This document shows, in pieces, positions 30,495 to 40,326 of a DNA stretch of 64,000 bases. Origin of the DNA: Methanothrix sp. (GTDB lineage: Archaea > Halobacteriota > Methanosarcinia > Methanotrichales > Methanotrichaceae); contig JBAXWY010000002.1 of the NCBI GenBank assembly GCA_037128175.1, positions 83,539-147,538 of the forward strand. Reading direction: 5' to 3'. The number at the start of each line of letters is the position of its first letter. Within the stretch, counting starts at the first letter, position 1. The notes below the pieces were generated by a model. The model searched no databases. It was given only the letters and a program-made list of their open reading frames with translations, and had not been told where the DNA came from. The position numbers and the translations under genes were made by a program.

Positions 30495-30690
30495 GCGTCC
30501 TTTCTCGTTGCCCTTTTCCTGACCCTGATTTTTTATCGGGATTGTCTTTCCGATCCCTCGTCTTCTCTTCTTCGAGGTCGGATAAATCAGCTCCGCACAT
30601 GGCCTGCATTTTCCTTTCAGCCCCTATAAAAATGCGAGGGCATTTCGGCCACCGCAAAACCTATTATCCCAGGGATAATTTCAGTTAAAC

Positions 30691-31650
30691 ATGGCGAATC
30701 TCAATGTGGCGATCCTGGGGTCCCTGGACTACGGCAAAGAGCTGGGCAAGAAGGGCACGGCCAGCGATCTTACCTTTTACAACCTGAAAAAGGGACAGAA
30801 CACCGTCACCTTCATAGAGCCGTCCCGCTACCCGGAGAAGCTTGCGCCCCTCTTCTACGCCGTTTCCATGGCCCAGAAGGCCCTGCTCATTGTAGACCAG
30901 ATTAATCCCGCCTTCGGAGAGTCGGTCATCATGCTGGACTCGGTAGGCGTTAAAGAGGGCATTGTGGTCCTGAAGAACTACCTCTCCCGCGAGCAGATCG
31001 CCCCTTTCATCAAGGGCACGGTGGTGGATGGCTATGAGTTCCTGGAAGACGACAAGAACGTCCTGCGTGAAAGGCTTTTGCTGGATGTGGGCAAGATGGA
31101 TTCGCCCCAGAATGCAGAGACGGGATCCTTACCGGTCGATCATTTCTTCAATGTGCGCGGCATCGGCACGGTGGTCCTGGGGTGTGTGGCGGAAGGGAGC
31201 ATCAAGAAGCATGACGTTCTCCGGGTATTGCCGGGAGAGAAGACGGCCCAGGTGCGCTCCATCCAAAAGCATGATGAGGACTTTGATACGGCAGGCATTG
31301 GCGAGAGGACGGGCATAGCCCTCAAGGGCATCGAGGTAGAAGACCTGGATCGTGGAACCATTCTCACCAACGATAAATCCATCAAGCAAGTATCTTCCCT
31401 GACCGCCAAAGTGCATGTAGTCAAATACTGGCCCGCGCCACTAAAAGAGGGGATGGTGATGCACATCGGCCACTGGATGCAGTACGTCCCGGCAAGAGTC
31501 GAGGCCGTATCAGTTGAGGGTGATTGGCATAACGTGGTTCTGAAAATCAAGCTGGACAAGATGCTGGTTTACCGGTCGGGGGCAAAGGCGGTTCTCATTT
31601 ATCCCGAGGGCGGCAAGCTGAGAGTGGTGGGTACGATAGACTTGCCGTAA
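30691..31650 (+). CDS. archaeal SelB-like / EF-Tu domain II protein with degenerate G domain
   Basis: VDHFFNVRGIGTVVLG and VRSIQKHD domain II motifs; no canonical GxxxxGKT. Confidence 0.8.
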   Translation: MANLNVAILGSLDYGKELGKKGTASDLTFYNLKKGQNTVTFIEPSRYPEKLAPLFYAVSMAQKALLIVDQINPAFGESVIMLDSVGVKEGIVVLKNYLSREQIAPFIKGTVVDGYEFLEDDKNVLRERLLLDVGKMDSPQNAETGSLPVDHFFNVRGIGTVVLGCVAEGSIKKHDVLRVLPGEKTAQVRSIQKHDEDFDTAGIGERTGIALKGIEVEDLDRGTILTNDKSIKQVSSLTAKVHVVKYWPAPLKEGMVMHIGHWMQYVPARVEAVSVEGDWHNVVLKIKLDKMLVYRSGAKAVLIYPEGGKLRVVGTIDLP

Positions 31651-31738
31651 GAAGAACTGTTCATCTAATTTTTGAAATGCATATTATCCTGGCAAAAATT
31701 AATATCCAAGCAAGTCAAAGTCATTTTCAAGGCGTGAT

Positions 31739-31999
31739 ATGAACAATAAACACAATATAATTCTAAAAGCCGCTGCATTAGTAATGGTATTAATCGGCTT
31801 GCTGGCCATGTTAGTAGCCTGGCAACTTATGCTGGTCTCAGGTATTCACAACTCGACCGTCGTGGTACTGGAGATGGGCGGAGTTGTGGTCTGCATGGTT
31901 GGATACTTCCTATGGCGACGCGTTAAGGGCTTAGAAAATGATGCAAAGAGGCAAATTCAGGCAGCACAATCTGCAGCAAAAGAAGATCTTCAAGAATAA
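31739..31999 (+). CDS. small membrane protein
   Basis: two hydrophobic helices, 86 aa. Confidence 0.6.
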   Translation: MNNKHNIILKAAALVMVLIGLLAMLVAWQLMLVSGIHNSTVVVLEMGGVVVCMVGYFLWRRVKGLENDAKRQIQAAQSAAKEDLQE

Positions 32000-32090
32000 A
32001 GCAGCATGACGGAGACTAAACAGATCCTATTTTCACATGTTTATTCATCCAAGCCAAAAGACCGGCTCTTCGCTATTTCCAATTACTATG

Positions 32091-32164
32091 TTTTTGGTTA
32101 TAACCTAGCGGCTAACAACGTTTCCACCACCGTAGACACAAAGCGCACGGAGGACTCACAGAGG
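32091..32164 (+). repeat. dispersed CACAGAG-type repeat, copy 1
   Basis: GTTATAACCTAGCGGCTAACAACGTTTCCACCAC...CACAGAG aligns by eye with the reverse complement of 50040-50112. Confidence 0.7.
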
Positions 32165-32320
32165 CTTTTTACTACTATTACACACTCGAAACAACGCGGA
32201 ACCAAAAGATCCGGATAATCAAGAGCTTCTTTTCTAATATTATTATAATATTTGCCAAGAACCAATATTAAGATACGTTAAATGAACATTAAATAAAAAA
32301 GGTGTCTCTTGAGCCTTTAA

Positions 32321-33433
32321 TTAAAGCCCAAGAGTGGGGTTGATCCCCAATACGAATACTACTACGAAGTATATGGCGTTCAATACCAATCCGAATGGTA
32401 CACCCAACTTTGCCCACTCGCTGCTGGTGATGCCCAGCTTTCCGGCAGAGATGATGTTGGGGATGTTGCCGGGGATGAGCATGCCGCCGGAGATGAGCAG
32501 ACCGTAGAGTGCAGCGTTAATCTGCTTCTGGGTCAGAGCCTTGGATATCTCAGCTGCGGTCAATGTAGCATTATCCAGGATGGCGGAGATCATGTTCACC
32601 CAGAAGAGCACATAATCTGGGATCTTGGTGAAGTACTTGAATATGAGTACCTCCATTCCCGCGCCCAATAGGAAGAGTGCCGCCACGAAGGCATAAACCT
32701 TGAGGGTTCTTATGACAACCTCCTTGACGCTGCCCTCTTCGTCGCCCTCGCCCATTCTCTCCACCTTGCCGGTTGTCGGCTTGATGTAGTACATGGAAAA
32801 GATCGAGCAGAGTAAGACACCCAGGATGATCAGTATGCCTAGCTGGTCCATGAGGTACCAGAAGCCAGCGTTACCGGGGCCGCCTACATACATGGGCGCA
32901 CCTTGTAATTTAGTGATGGCGATGGTAGACAGGGGCTCGCCCAGGGGGGTGAGCACTGCGCCTAGACCAATGGCAAAACAGGCGATGATCACATAGTTGA
33001 TCTTGTTCTTTCTGTCCAGTGGCAGGGTATTGGCGATCTCGCAGAGGAAGAGCGCAGAGATGATGGCCGTGATGACGGAGCATACCAGTCCCAGAACAAA
33101 GGTGGAGACAAATATGATTACGCCCAGGTTCATCTTCTTGACCAGGCCGCCCATGAAGTTCTTGAAGGCTTTCTGGCCGTAGAGGAATATGAATCCCGCG
33201 ATCAATACTGCAGGTACAATGCCCTTGATTACCGGCTCTTCTGCTGCCAACGTGATCAGGTCTATTGTCCACTTGCTGGTCACAGTGACCGCAGCCGCGC
33301 CCATTATAAATAGAAATACTTCCAAATTCTGTTCAACTATCTTAACTTTAAAGGGGAATATCAAAACTAGCAGGGCTATAAATGCCAATGCTATATCTAC
33401 TTGGGTTACAACTTCACCCAATACAGTAACCAT
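32321..33433 (-). CDS. DUF1646 family membrane protein (putative ion transporter)
   Basis: EQNLEVFLF, LTPLGEPLS, SAILDNATL, LIPGNIPN; multi-TM. Confidence 0.85.
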   Translation of the reverse strand: MVTVLGEVVTQVDIALAFIALLVLIFPFKVKIVEQNLEVFLFIMGAAAVTVTSKWTIDLITLAAEEPVIKGIVPAVLIAGFIFLYGQKAFKNFMGGLVKKMNLGVIIFVSTFVLGLVCSVITAIISALFLCEIANTLPLDRKNKINYVIIACFAIGLGAVLTPLGEPLSTIAITKLQGAPMYVGGPGNAGFWYLMDQLGILIILGVLLCSIFSMYYIKPTTGKVERMGEGDEEGSVKEVVIRTLKVYAFVAALFLLGAGMEVLIFKYFTKIPDYVLFWVNMISAILDNATLTAAEISKALTQKQINAALYGLLISGGMLIPGNIPNIISAGKLGITSSEWAKLGVPFGLVLNAIYFVVVFVLGINPTLGL

Positions 33434-33597
33434 TAGACCACCTCGTTTCTATTAATCCTACATCCACTCTCCCGAGGGAGAGTTTGCTAGTCGGATGCTC
33501 TTCCAATATTAAACGCTTTTGGCTTTTATTTTGGCGATTAAACTGGCCTTAATCGTGATAATTCGTATTGATTTGAGTTTTAATGGTTCAAACGGAA

Positions 33598-34431
33598 TTA
33601 AGGTGAATTCTTGATGCATTTTACGTAGATCCTGTAGCCCAGGAGATTGAGACCTGGCCGTCCGGGCAGTACCTTGCGCTCCAGAAAGCGAGAGAGCCTC
33701 TCCTGGAAATAGCAGGGATCAATGATCGGTCGCCAACGGCTCAGGAAGAGGTAGCCCTGGCAGGGCTTGAAGTCAAAGCCGCGGCAAGCGAGGACCGCAA
33801 AGCCCGCGTCTTCCAGTGCTCTTTGAAACTCCGCAGGCGAGACGTATTCGGGCGGATTTATCGATTCCCGAAAGAGATGTTTTCTGATCAGGGTATAGTG
33901 GGAGATACGGGAAAAGAAGTCCACTACCAGCACACCTTCAGGTTTTAAAACGCGATAGAATTCTTGCAAGGCGCTTTCTGCCGCATGGGAGTTAGGCAAG
34001 CAGGTCAGAACACCGCTGCTTACCACCCGCTCGAAGGACTGATCCCGGAAGGGGAGACTGGTCACCGAGCCCTGCAAAAATCCGGCCCGGTCATCGCTCT
34101 TCGCTCTATGGACCGCCCGGCCCAGCATGTTGCCGGAGAAATCCATGCCGATGATCTGCAAGGCCGCTCTATTCGCCACAGCTATTCCTTTTTCGTTTTT
34201 CAGGGATCGCATGAGCAGGTTGCCGTTGCCGCATCCTGCATCCAGGACCCTGCCCTCTGCCCCGGAAAAACAGAACCTTGCTGCCTCATCTTCGAAATCG
34301 CCCATCATCTTTAATATGAAATCCGGCGTGTCGTCGGGCAGGTCGCGCGCCAGCTTGAGGTCCATCTCTTCTTTGCCCCTCTTCTGGCCTTCCCAAAAAT
34401 CCAGTTCCTCCTTTTGCAGGTGGCAGTCCAT
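33598..34431 (-). CDS. class I SAM-dependent methyltransferase
   Basis: VLDAGCGNG, LPFRDQSF, RVLKPEG. Confidence 0.85.
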   Translation of the reverse strand: MDCHLQKEELDFWEGQKRGKEEMDLKLARDLPDDTPDFILKMMGDFEDEAARFCFSGAEGRVLDAGCGNGNLLMRSLKNEKGIAVANRAALQIIGMDFSGNMLGRAVHRAKSDDRAGFLQGSVTSLPFRDQSFERVVSSGVLTCLPNSHAAESALQEFYRVLKPEGVLVVDFFSRISHYTLIRKHLFRESINPPEYVSPAEFQRALEDAGFAVLACRGFDFKPCQGYLFLSRWRPIIDPCYFQERLSRFLERKVLPGRPGLNLLGYRIYVKCIKNSP

Positions 34432-34613
34432 CTCTAAGGCAACTCCTCCCTTACTTTAAGAAAATTTGAATGCTTGGCTCAAGGTCGATTCACCCAAAGC
34501 CATGAGGCGACCGTTGTGAGGTGAGACTTATTAATAGTTTGCCGGTTGATAGAGTGTGGCTGTTAAAAAGTCGCAAAAAAAAAGATGATCTGCAAGAGAG
34601 ACGGGAGGGATCT

Positions 34614-35225
34614 ATGATATCTAGCGTTCTTGTCATGGTGGCATACTTTGTGCTTTTTGCCCTTGTACACAGCTTCCTTGCCGATCCTAGATTCAAGAGC
34701 CGGGCCAAAATGGTCTTCGGTGAAACCTTTGATCGCTGGCAGCGGCTTGCTTACAATCTGCTAGCTCAGCTCATGATGCTGCCCTTCCTCTTAATCATGA
34801 TCTTCCTGCCTGACAAAATTCTCTACGCCGTCCCCGTGCCCTGGAGCTGGCTTATGGCAGGAGGCCAGATCTTGGCAGTCTCAGCGTTGCTGCAGACGAT
34901 TCGCCAGACGGGCGTCTCCTATTTCCTTGGCCTGTCCCAATTGCGAGGTGAAAGTGATGCATCGAGCACAAAGGGAGAGCTGGTGATAGAGGGCTTTTAC
35001 CGCTATATCAGACATCCTCTCTACTTCTTTTCCGCTCTTTTCCTCTGGCTCACTCCTACCATGACTGAGAATCTGCTGGCCTTCAACATCCTGGCCACGA
35101 TCTACTTTTACCTGGGTGCCCGGCACGAGGAGAGATCTCTGCAAGAGGAGTTCGGACAGGAGTACGAGGAGTACCAGAAAGCTGTGCCCATGTTCCTGCC
35201 AAGATTAAAATGCAAATGCAAATAA
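34614..35225 (+). CDS. isoprenylcysteine carboxylmethyltransferase/NnrU-like membrane protein
   Basis: FALVHS, GFYRYIRHPLY, EERSL..EFG..Y..Y..VP. Confidence 0.8.
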   Translation: MISSVLVMVAYFVLFALVHSFLADPRFKSRAKMVFGETFDRWQRLAYNLLAQLMMLPFLLIMIFLPDKILYAVPVPWSWLMAGGQILAVSALLQTIRQTGVSYFLGLSQLRGESDASSTKGELVIEGFYRYIRHPLYFFSALFLWLTPTMTENLLAFNILATIYFYLGARHEERSLQEEFGQEYEEYQKAVPMFLPRLKCKCK

Positions 35226-35271
35226 TTGATAATATCCAAATCATCATAGCCTAACAAAATGGATGGATTAA

Positions 35272-36396
35272 ATGACAGATGATAGCTCAATGCTCTCGAA
35301 AAAGAAAAAAGAACCAGTTCAGAGGAATTTTGGCTTATCCTTGGGCATTCTTGCCCTGGCCATGCTACTGTTAGCACTCATTTTCTATGCGCCGCCCACT
35401 ATGGCAGCCGAAAGCGGCGCCCCCATTCCACCGGAGAGGTTCTCCGATGATTTCTACAAGGTCTACGGCACACCCAATCTGACCGTCTCCCTGGAGCAAA
35501 CTCGCGTCTATCAAGGTGAGCAGACCTCGCTTTTTCTAACTTTGACCAACCGGGGGCGTATAACCTCTTTTCAGGTAAATGAGGAGCCCGGCGCCAATAA
35601 GAGAGAGGAGATCCTGGCCGCGCAAAAAGAGCAGGAGCTGGAAAAGCAGAGAACCGTGGCCCAGGATGTCTCGCTGCTACTTTTGGCCGAGAACGAGAGC
35701 GCCATAGACATTAAGCGGGCCGTGGCCTTCCCCGGCAGCATCCGGGAGGGGCAGACCTCCGCCCGTCTGGAGTTTCCTATTGAGGCCTACAAGAATGCCC
35801 ACCCCGGCCTTTACAAGCTCTACGCAGTCGTCAATTACACCTACCAGAAGGACGTGGCTGTGAAAGGAGACGAAGATCGCCCGGAGAGCCCGGATGTGTT
35901 CTACTGGTACGATAGCCAGAGCCAGATCATTCCCCTGACCCTGACTGTGGAGCGAAGAAGCGGTGCAGAGTTTGAGGTCCTGAATGTCAGCCCCGACGCC
36001 CTATCGGCAGGCTCCCAGGATAATGTGGTCAAGATTCGCATAAAAAATGTGGGCAGTGATACTGCGCAAGATCTGGTGGCAAGGCTTCGTCCCGAGAGCG
36101 GCATTTATGTGAGCGTGGATGAGTCGCCGATAGCGGCCTTGCCGCCGCAGCAGGAGGCGGAGCTTATCTTCAAGCTGGATGTCTCCAAGGATGCCGTGCC
36201 CGGCAAGAGCTACCAGGCTAAGGTTCGCTTCGAGTTTTCCGATAGCTATCGGGATGACCTTCGCGACGAGGAGAATGCCTATCTCAAAATCGAGCCGCAG
36301 AGCACAAGCCGACCGTTGGCAGCCGTCCTTCTCTTCATTGTGCTCGCCGCAGTAATAATAGTAATAGTAGTAATAAAAAAACGGAGCAAGAGCTGA
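35272..36396 (+). CDS. COG1361-like S-layer/CARDB protein with C-terminal anchor
   Basis: signal/TM segment, repeated L.N.G Ig-like domains, C-terminal TM; precedes an ABC pair. Confidence 0.7.
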   Translation: MTDDSSMLSKKKKEPVQRNFGLSLGILALAMLLLALIFYAPPTMAAESGAPIPPERFSDDFYKVYGTPNLTVSLEQTRVYQGEQTSLFLTLTNRGRITSFQVNEEPGANKREEILAAQKEQELEKQRTVAQDVSLLLLAENESAIDIKRAVAFPGSIREGQTSARLEFPIEAYKNAHPGLYKLYAVVNYTYQKDVAVKGDEDRPESPDVFYWYDSQSQIIPLTLTVERRSGAEFEVLNVSPDALSAGSQDNVVKIRIKNVGSDTAQDLVARLRPESGIYVSVDESPIAALPPQQEAELIFKLDVSKDAVPGKSYQAKVRFEFSDSYRDDLRDEENAYLKIEPQSTSRPLAAVLLFIVLAAVIIVIVVIKKRSKS

Positions 36397-36400
36397 AAGT

Positions 36401-37324
36401 ATGGCCGGGAGAGGAGCGATGAGAGAAATAGAGCCGGCAATTTCGGCGCGGTGCGTGACTAAGAGCTTCGGGCGGCAGCGGGTCCTGGACAGCCTTACCG
36501 TGGACATTCCCTCGGGCGTGACCTACTGCCTGCTCGGCCCAAACGGCTCGGGCAAGACCACCTTCATTCGCGCCATCGTGCGATTGTTGCGCTTGGACGG
36601 GGGAGATATGTCCGTGCTGGGCCGGCCCGTCTCCGAAGTTGATAAGATCTACTCCAAGATCGGCTACATGACCCAGCATAAAGCCCTCTATCCCGACCTG
36701 ACGGTGCAGGAGAATATGGAGTTTTATGCCGGGCTCTACGGTCTGAAGAAGCAGCAGCGCGTGGAGAGGCTAGAGGAGCTGCTGGAAATGGTCGATCTCT
36801 TAGAGCACCGCAGCCGTCTGGCAGGAGCTCTCTCCGGCGGCATGTACCAGAGGCTCTCTTTGGCCTGCACCCTCATCCACGAGCCCGAGCTGCTATTGCT
36901 GGATGAGCCCACGGTGGGCGTCGATCCCCGGCTGCGGCAAACATTCTGGGAGTACTTCAACCGCCTGGCCGGGGAGGGCAAGACGGTGCTCATCACCACC
37001 CATCTCATGGATGAAGCGGAGAAATGCCGCATGGTGGGCTACATGCGGGCGGGAAGAATGGTGGCAGAGGGTTCGCCGGAGGAAATTCTGCACCTGGCCG
37101 GGCTGCGGCCCATTCTCAAGCTCTGGTTGGCCGAGCCGGAGAAGGACGCCGCCCAACTTCAAGCCCAGGGATATGAGATAGAAGTTGAAGATGGTGTCGT
37201 GCAGGTCCGCCTGGAGAGCCATGCCCAGATCAAGGAAGTCCTGACATCCGTCTCGCCTCTGGACATGAGGCTGGAAGAGCCCAGGCTGGAAGAGGCATTC
37301 CTGCGGCTCTCGGAGGCGGCATGA
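36401..37324 (+). CDS. ABC-2 transporter ATP-binding protein
   Basis: GPNGSGKT, LSGGM, LLDEPTVGVD. Confidence 0.9.
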   Translation: MAGRGAMREIEPAISARCVTKSFGRQRVLDSLTVDIPSGVTYCLLGPNGSGKTTFIRAIVRLLRLDGGDMSVLGRPVSEVDKIYSKIGYMTQHKALYPDLTVQENMEFYAGLYGLKKQQRVERLEELLEMVDLLEHRSRLAGALSGGMYQRLSLACTLIHEPELLLLDEPTVGVDPRLRQTFWEYFNRLAGEGKTVLITTHLMDEAEKCRMVGYMRAGRMVAEGSPEEILHLAGLRPILKLWLAEPEKDAAQLQAQGYEIEVEDGVVQVRLESHAQIKEVLTSVSPLDMRLEEPRLEEAFLRLSEAA

Positions 37325-38400
37325 GCCGCCCGGTCGCGGGCCGCGTGGGCGTGGTGGCCCTGCGGGTGGTGCGCCAACTGAAGCGAGACCGGCGCACCAT
37401 CGGCCTGATCGTCTTCGCGCCCATCGTCCTCATGATTCTCTTCGGCTATGCCCTCTCCGGGGATATGAGCGGCGTGGCTCTGGGCCTGGTGGACGCAGGC
37501 GGGCACGATGCCCTGCGGGGGCACCTGATGTCCATCCAGGACTTAGATATACTTTACCTGGGATCAGAGTCGGACGCAGAGAAGCTAATAACCGAAGGAA
37601 GGCTGGATGGAGCCGTGGTGCTGGGGGCGGAGGGGGTGCGGGTGCTATTGGACTCCAGCAGCCTGCAGATCGCGGGAGCCATCCAGGCGGCGGTGCAGGC
37701 GGGAACGGCAACGGAAAGGGCCGGCCGGGAGACGACCGGCCTGCCGAAGGGATCGGAAAGCGCGTTCGTTTCGCGCTACATCTTCGGCTATGACCTGAAG
37801 ATGATGGACACGGTGGGCCCGGCCATCCTGGGCCTGGTGGTCTTCTTCTTCACTTTCATCAACGCCGCCATCGCCTTCATCCGGGAGAGATCACAAGGGA
37901 CGCTGGAGAAGTTCATGGTCTCCCCCTTAAGCCGGGTGGAGATGGTATCCGGCTATGTGCTGGGCTTCTCTCTCTTCACCCTGCTACAATCAGCAACAAC
38001 CCTCTTCGTAGTAACCGCCCTCTTCAAAGTGCCCCTGCGCGGCAGTGCCCTCACTGCGCTGGCCGTGGTGATCCTGCTGGGCGCGGGCGCTCTGGTCCTG
38101 GGCGCTTTCTTCTCCAACTTCGCCCGGAGCGAGTTTCAGGTGGTGCAGTTCATACCCCTCATCATCACGCCTCAAATTGTGCTCTGCGGCATCTGGTGGC
38201 CCCTGCAATCGGTGCCCGAGTTCATCCGGCCCTTCTCCTACATCCTTCCCCTCACCTATGCCGCCCATGCCCTGCGAGCGGTGATGCTGAAGGGCGCGGG
38301 AGTCGCCGATATCCTTTATCCCGACCTGCTGGCGTTGGGCATATTCTTCCTGCTCTTCTTTGCGGCGGCGACGCTCATGCTGAGAAGGGAGGTGGCATGA
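37321..38400 (+). CDS. ABC-2 type permease
   Basis: RER..GTLE motif, multi-TM, PLTYA. Confidence 0.88.
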   Translation: MSRPVAGRVGVVALRVVRQLKRDRRTIGLIVFAPIVLMILFGYALSGDMSGVALGLVDAGGHDALRGHLMSIQDLDILYLGSESDAEKLITEGRLDGAVVLGAEGVRVLLDSSSLQIAGAIQAAVQAGTATERAGRETTGLPKGSESAFVSRYIFGYDLKMMDTVGPAILGLVVFFFTFINAAIAFIRERSQGTLEKFMVSPLSRVEMVSGYVLGFSLFTLLQSATTLFVVTALFKVPLRGSALTALAVVILLGAGALVLGAFFSNFARSEFQVVQFIPLIITPQIVLCGIWWPLQSVPEFIRPFSYILPLTYAAHALRAVMLKGAGVADILYPDLLALGIFFLLFFAAATLMLRREVA

Positions 38401-38441
38401 GATGAGGTATGATTTATGAGGACAATGGAGAACGAAAAAAT

Positions 38442-38484
38442 CCTCTGTGCGTTCTTTGTGGTGAAAATCGTTACCCACTGGTTA
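38442..38484 (-). repeat. dispersed CACAGAG-type repeat, degenerate copy 2
   Basis: CTCTGTGCGTTCTTTGTGGTGAAAATCGTTACCCACTGGTTA resembles 50061-50103. Confidence 0.5.
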
Positions 38485-38576
38485 GCCCAAGGTAGATCCA
38501 TCAGTCCATCCGGGGCATAATATCGCTGCCTGATTTCACAAATATTATCAAGAGGATACATTGTGCCCCCAGGCCC

Positions 38577-39413
38577 TCAGGTCAGCTTGCTCTTCACCTT
38601 GGCGTAGAACCCCTCTCTCCCCACTTTTACAAACCTGGCCGGGGTTTTGGCCTTGCTTATGACCACCGTATCCTTGGAGGAGATGACCGTTGAGGTCTGG
38701 CCGTCCACCACCACCAGTGCCTCCTTGTCCGGCAGCTTGAGGCGAACCTCTATGACGCTGTCACCCGGAATCACCCAGGGTCGCGATGAGAGCTTGAAGG
38801 GGGCCATGGGAACGAGCACAATGGCATCCACCCGCGGATCGACGATGGGCCCGCCCGCCGACATGGCATAGGCTGTGGAGCCGGTGGAGGTGGCGATAAT
38901 CACCCCGTCCGCCCGAAAGTCCTCCATGAGTGCGCCATCCACGATGATCTCAAACTCGATCATCTTGGCGGGACTGGCGGTGAGAAAGGCGATCTCATTG
39001 GTGGCGCGGGGCAGGCATACCCCATTAAGGAGCAGCTTCAGGCGCGAACGCACATCCACATCAAAGCCCGCCAGCAGGCGCGAGAGCGTCTCCACGGCGT
39101 CCTTGGGCTCCACGTCCACCAGAAAGCCCAAGGTACCCATGTTTATGCCCAAAATGGGAGCCGGATCTGCCATCTTGTGAATGGTGCGTAGAATCGTCCC
39201 GTCCCCTCCCACGGAGACTATGAAGTCCACCAACTGCCGCTCCATCTCCGCTACGGTTGTGCCCTCTCTGCCGATTTTTAGAGCAAGGTCCTCATCCACG
39301 AATATCGTGACGCCCTTCCCTTCGCTCTCTATCTGGTAGATGAGCATCTGCGCCAGCCGAATAGATTCGGGCTGCTGCCGGGAGACAAAGCCGATCTTAA
39401 TGGGGCCCACCAC
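38577..39413 (-). CDS. nadK: NAD kinase
   Basis: GGDGTIL, GINMGTLGFL, NE, DG...TSTGSTAYAMSAGGP. Confidence 0.93.
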   Translation of the reverse strand: MVGPIKIGFVSRQQPESIRLAQMLIYQIESEGKGVTIFVDEDLALKIGREGTTVAEMERQLVDFIVSVGGDGTILRTIHKMADPAPILGINMGTLGFLVDVEPKDAVETLSRLLAGFDVDVRSRLKLLLNGVCLPRATNEIAFLTASPAKMIEFEIIVDGALMEDFRADGVIIATSTGSTAYAMSAGGPIVDPRVDAIVLVPMAPFKLSSRPWVIPGDSVIEVRLKLPDKEALVVVDGQTSTVISSKDTVVISKAKTPARFVKVGREGFYAKVKSKLT

Positions 39414-40215
39414 CGATGAGTCTGAGCAGGTCAGCGTGCAAGAGGCCGTTCGAGCCGATCAGATCCTTCCTCTGCCACATATTACCGTCCAGATGAAGCG
39501 CGTCTCCCAGAGAGTCGGTCACCATTCCGCCCGCCTCTTCCAGTATGATCTTTCCTGCCGCCACATCCACCACGCGCATCATGCCCCGCAGATCCACGAA
39601 GGCATCCAGTTTTCCCGAGGCGACCAGAGCCATCTCCAGGGCGGTGCTTCCCAGGGTGCGAATACGGCGCACAGTGTCGCCGATGGCCGCCATCCTGCCG
39701 GTATGGGGGCGCAGGGTGTAAGCGGAGATGCTGAAGTGAGAGAGGTCGGATTGGGTTGATACTTGCATGCGGCCGCCCGGCTTTGCATAGGCGCCCCGCC
39801 CGATTTCTGCATAATAGCTTCCGCCCCGCGCCAGATCAGAGATATATCCAAAATGAAAATCGCCCTTGCTCAGGTAAATGGAGACGGAGTAGAAGGGGAT
39901 GCCGGCTATGGCGTTGAAGGTGCCGTCCAGGGGATCGAGGTGCAGGAAATAGTCGGGCTTCTCGCCGATCAAGACCTCGCCGATCTCCTCGCTAAGCACC
40001 TTAAAGCCCAGGCCAGAGGAACGCAGTGTATCGAGAACGGCATTCTCTGCGGCCCGGTCGATTTGCTTGGTGGGGGTGCCGTCCGCGCCCATCTTCACAT
40101 TTTGCCCGCCTGCAGTTGTGCCGGTCATATCTTCTATGGCATCGGTCACGGCTTTAGCCGCATTATCGCACAGTATTTTTAAATCGCTGCCTTGGGGGGA
40201 AAGTCGCTCGCTCAT
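39397..40215 (-). CDS. inositol monophosphatase/FBPase family phosphatase
   Basis: SEE, DPLDGT, D..AG..I..EAGG. Confidence 0.88.
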   Translation of the reverse strand: MSERLSPQGSDLKILCDNAAKAVTDAIEDMTGTTAGGQNVKMGADGTPTKQIDRAAENAVLDTLRSSGLGFKVLSEEIGEVLIGEKPDYFLHLDPLDGTFNAIAGIPFYSVSIYLSKGDFHFGYISDLARGGSYYAEIGRGAYAKPGGRMQVSTQSDLSHFSISAYTLRPHTGRMAAIGDTVRRIRTLGSTALEMALVASGKLDAFVDLRGMMRVVDVAAGKIILEEAGGMVTDSLGDALHLDGNMWQRKDLIGSNGLLHADLLRLIGGGPH

Positions 40216-40326
40216 CCTTCCCCCAAAGGCATGCCCACTATAAAAGTTTCTCACTTGAGATCAAATAGCTTTATAAAATGCTAATTTGCATCATGCTATC
40301 ACGTAACAATCATGGAGGGATTCTAT

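Noticed and set aside
32006-32218. 70-aa ORF
   Set aside because: It runs through the dispersed non-coding repeat and has no protein-like features
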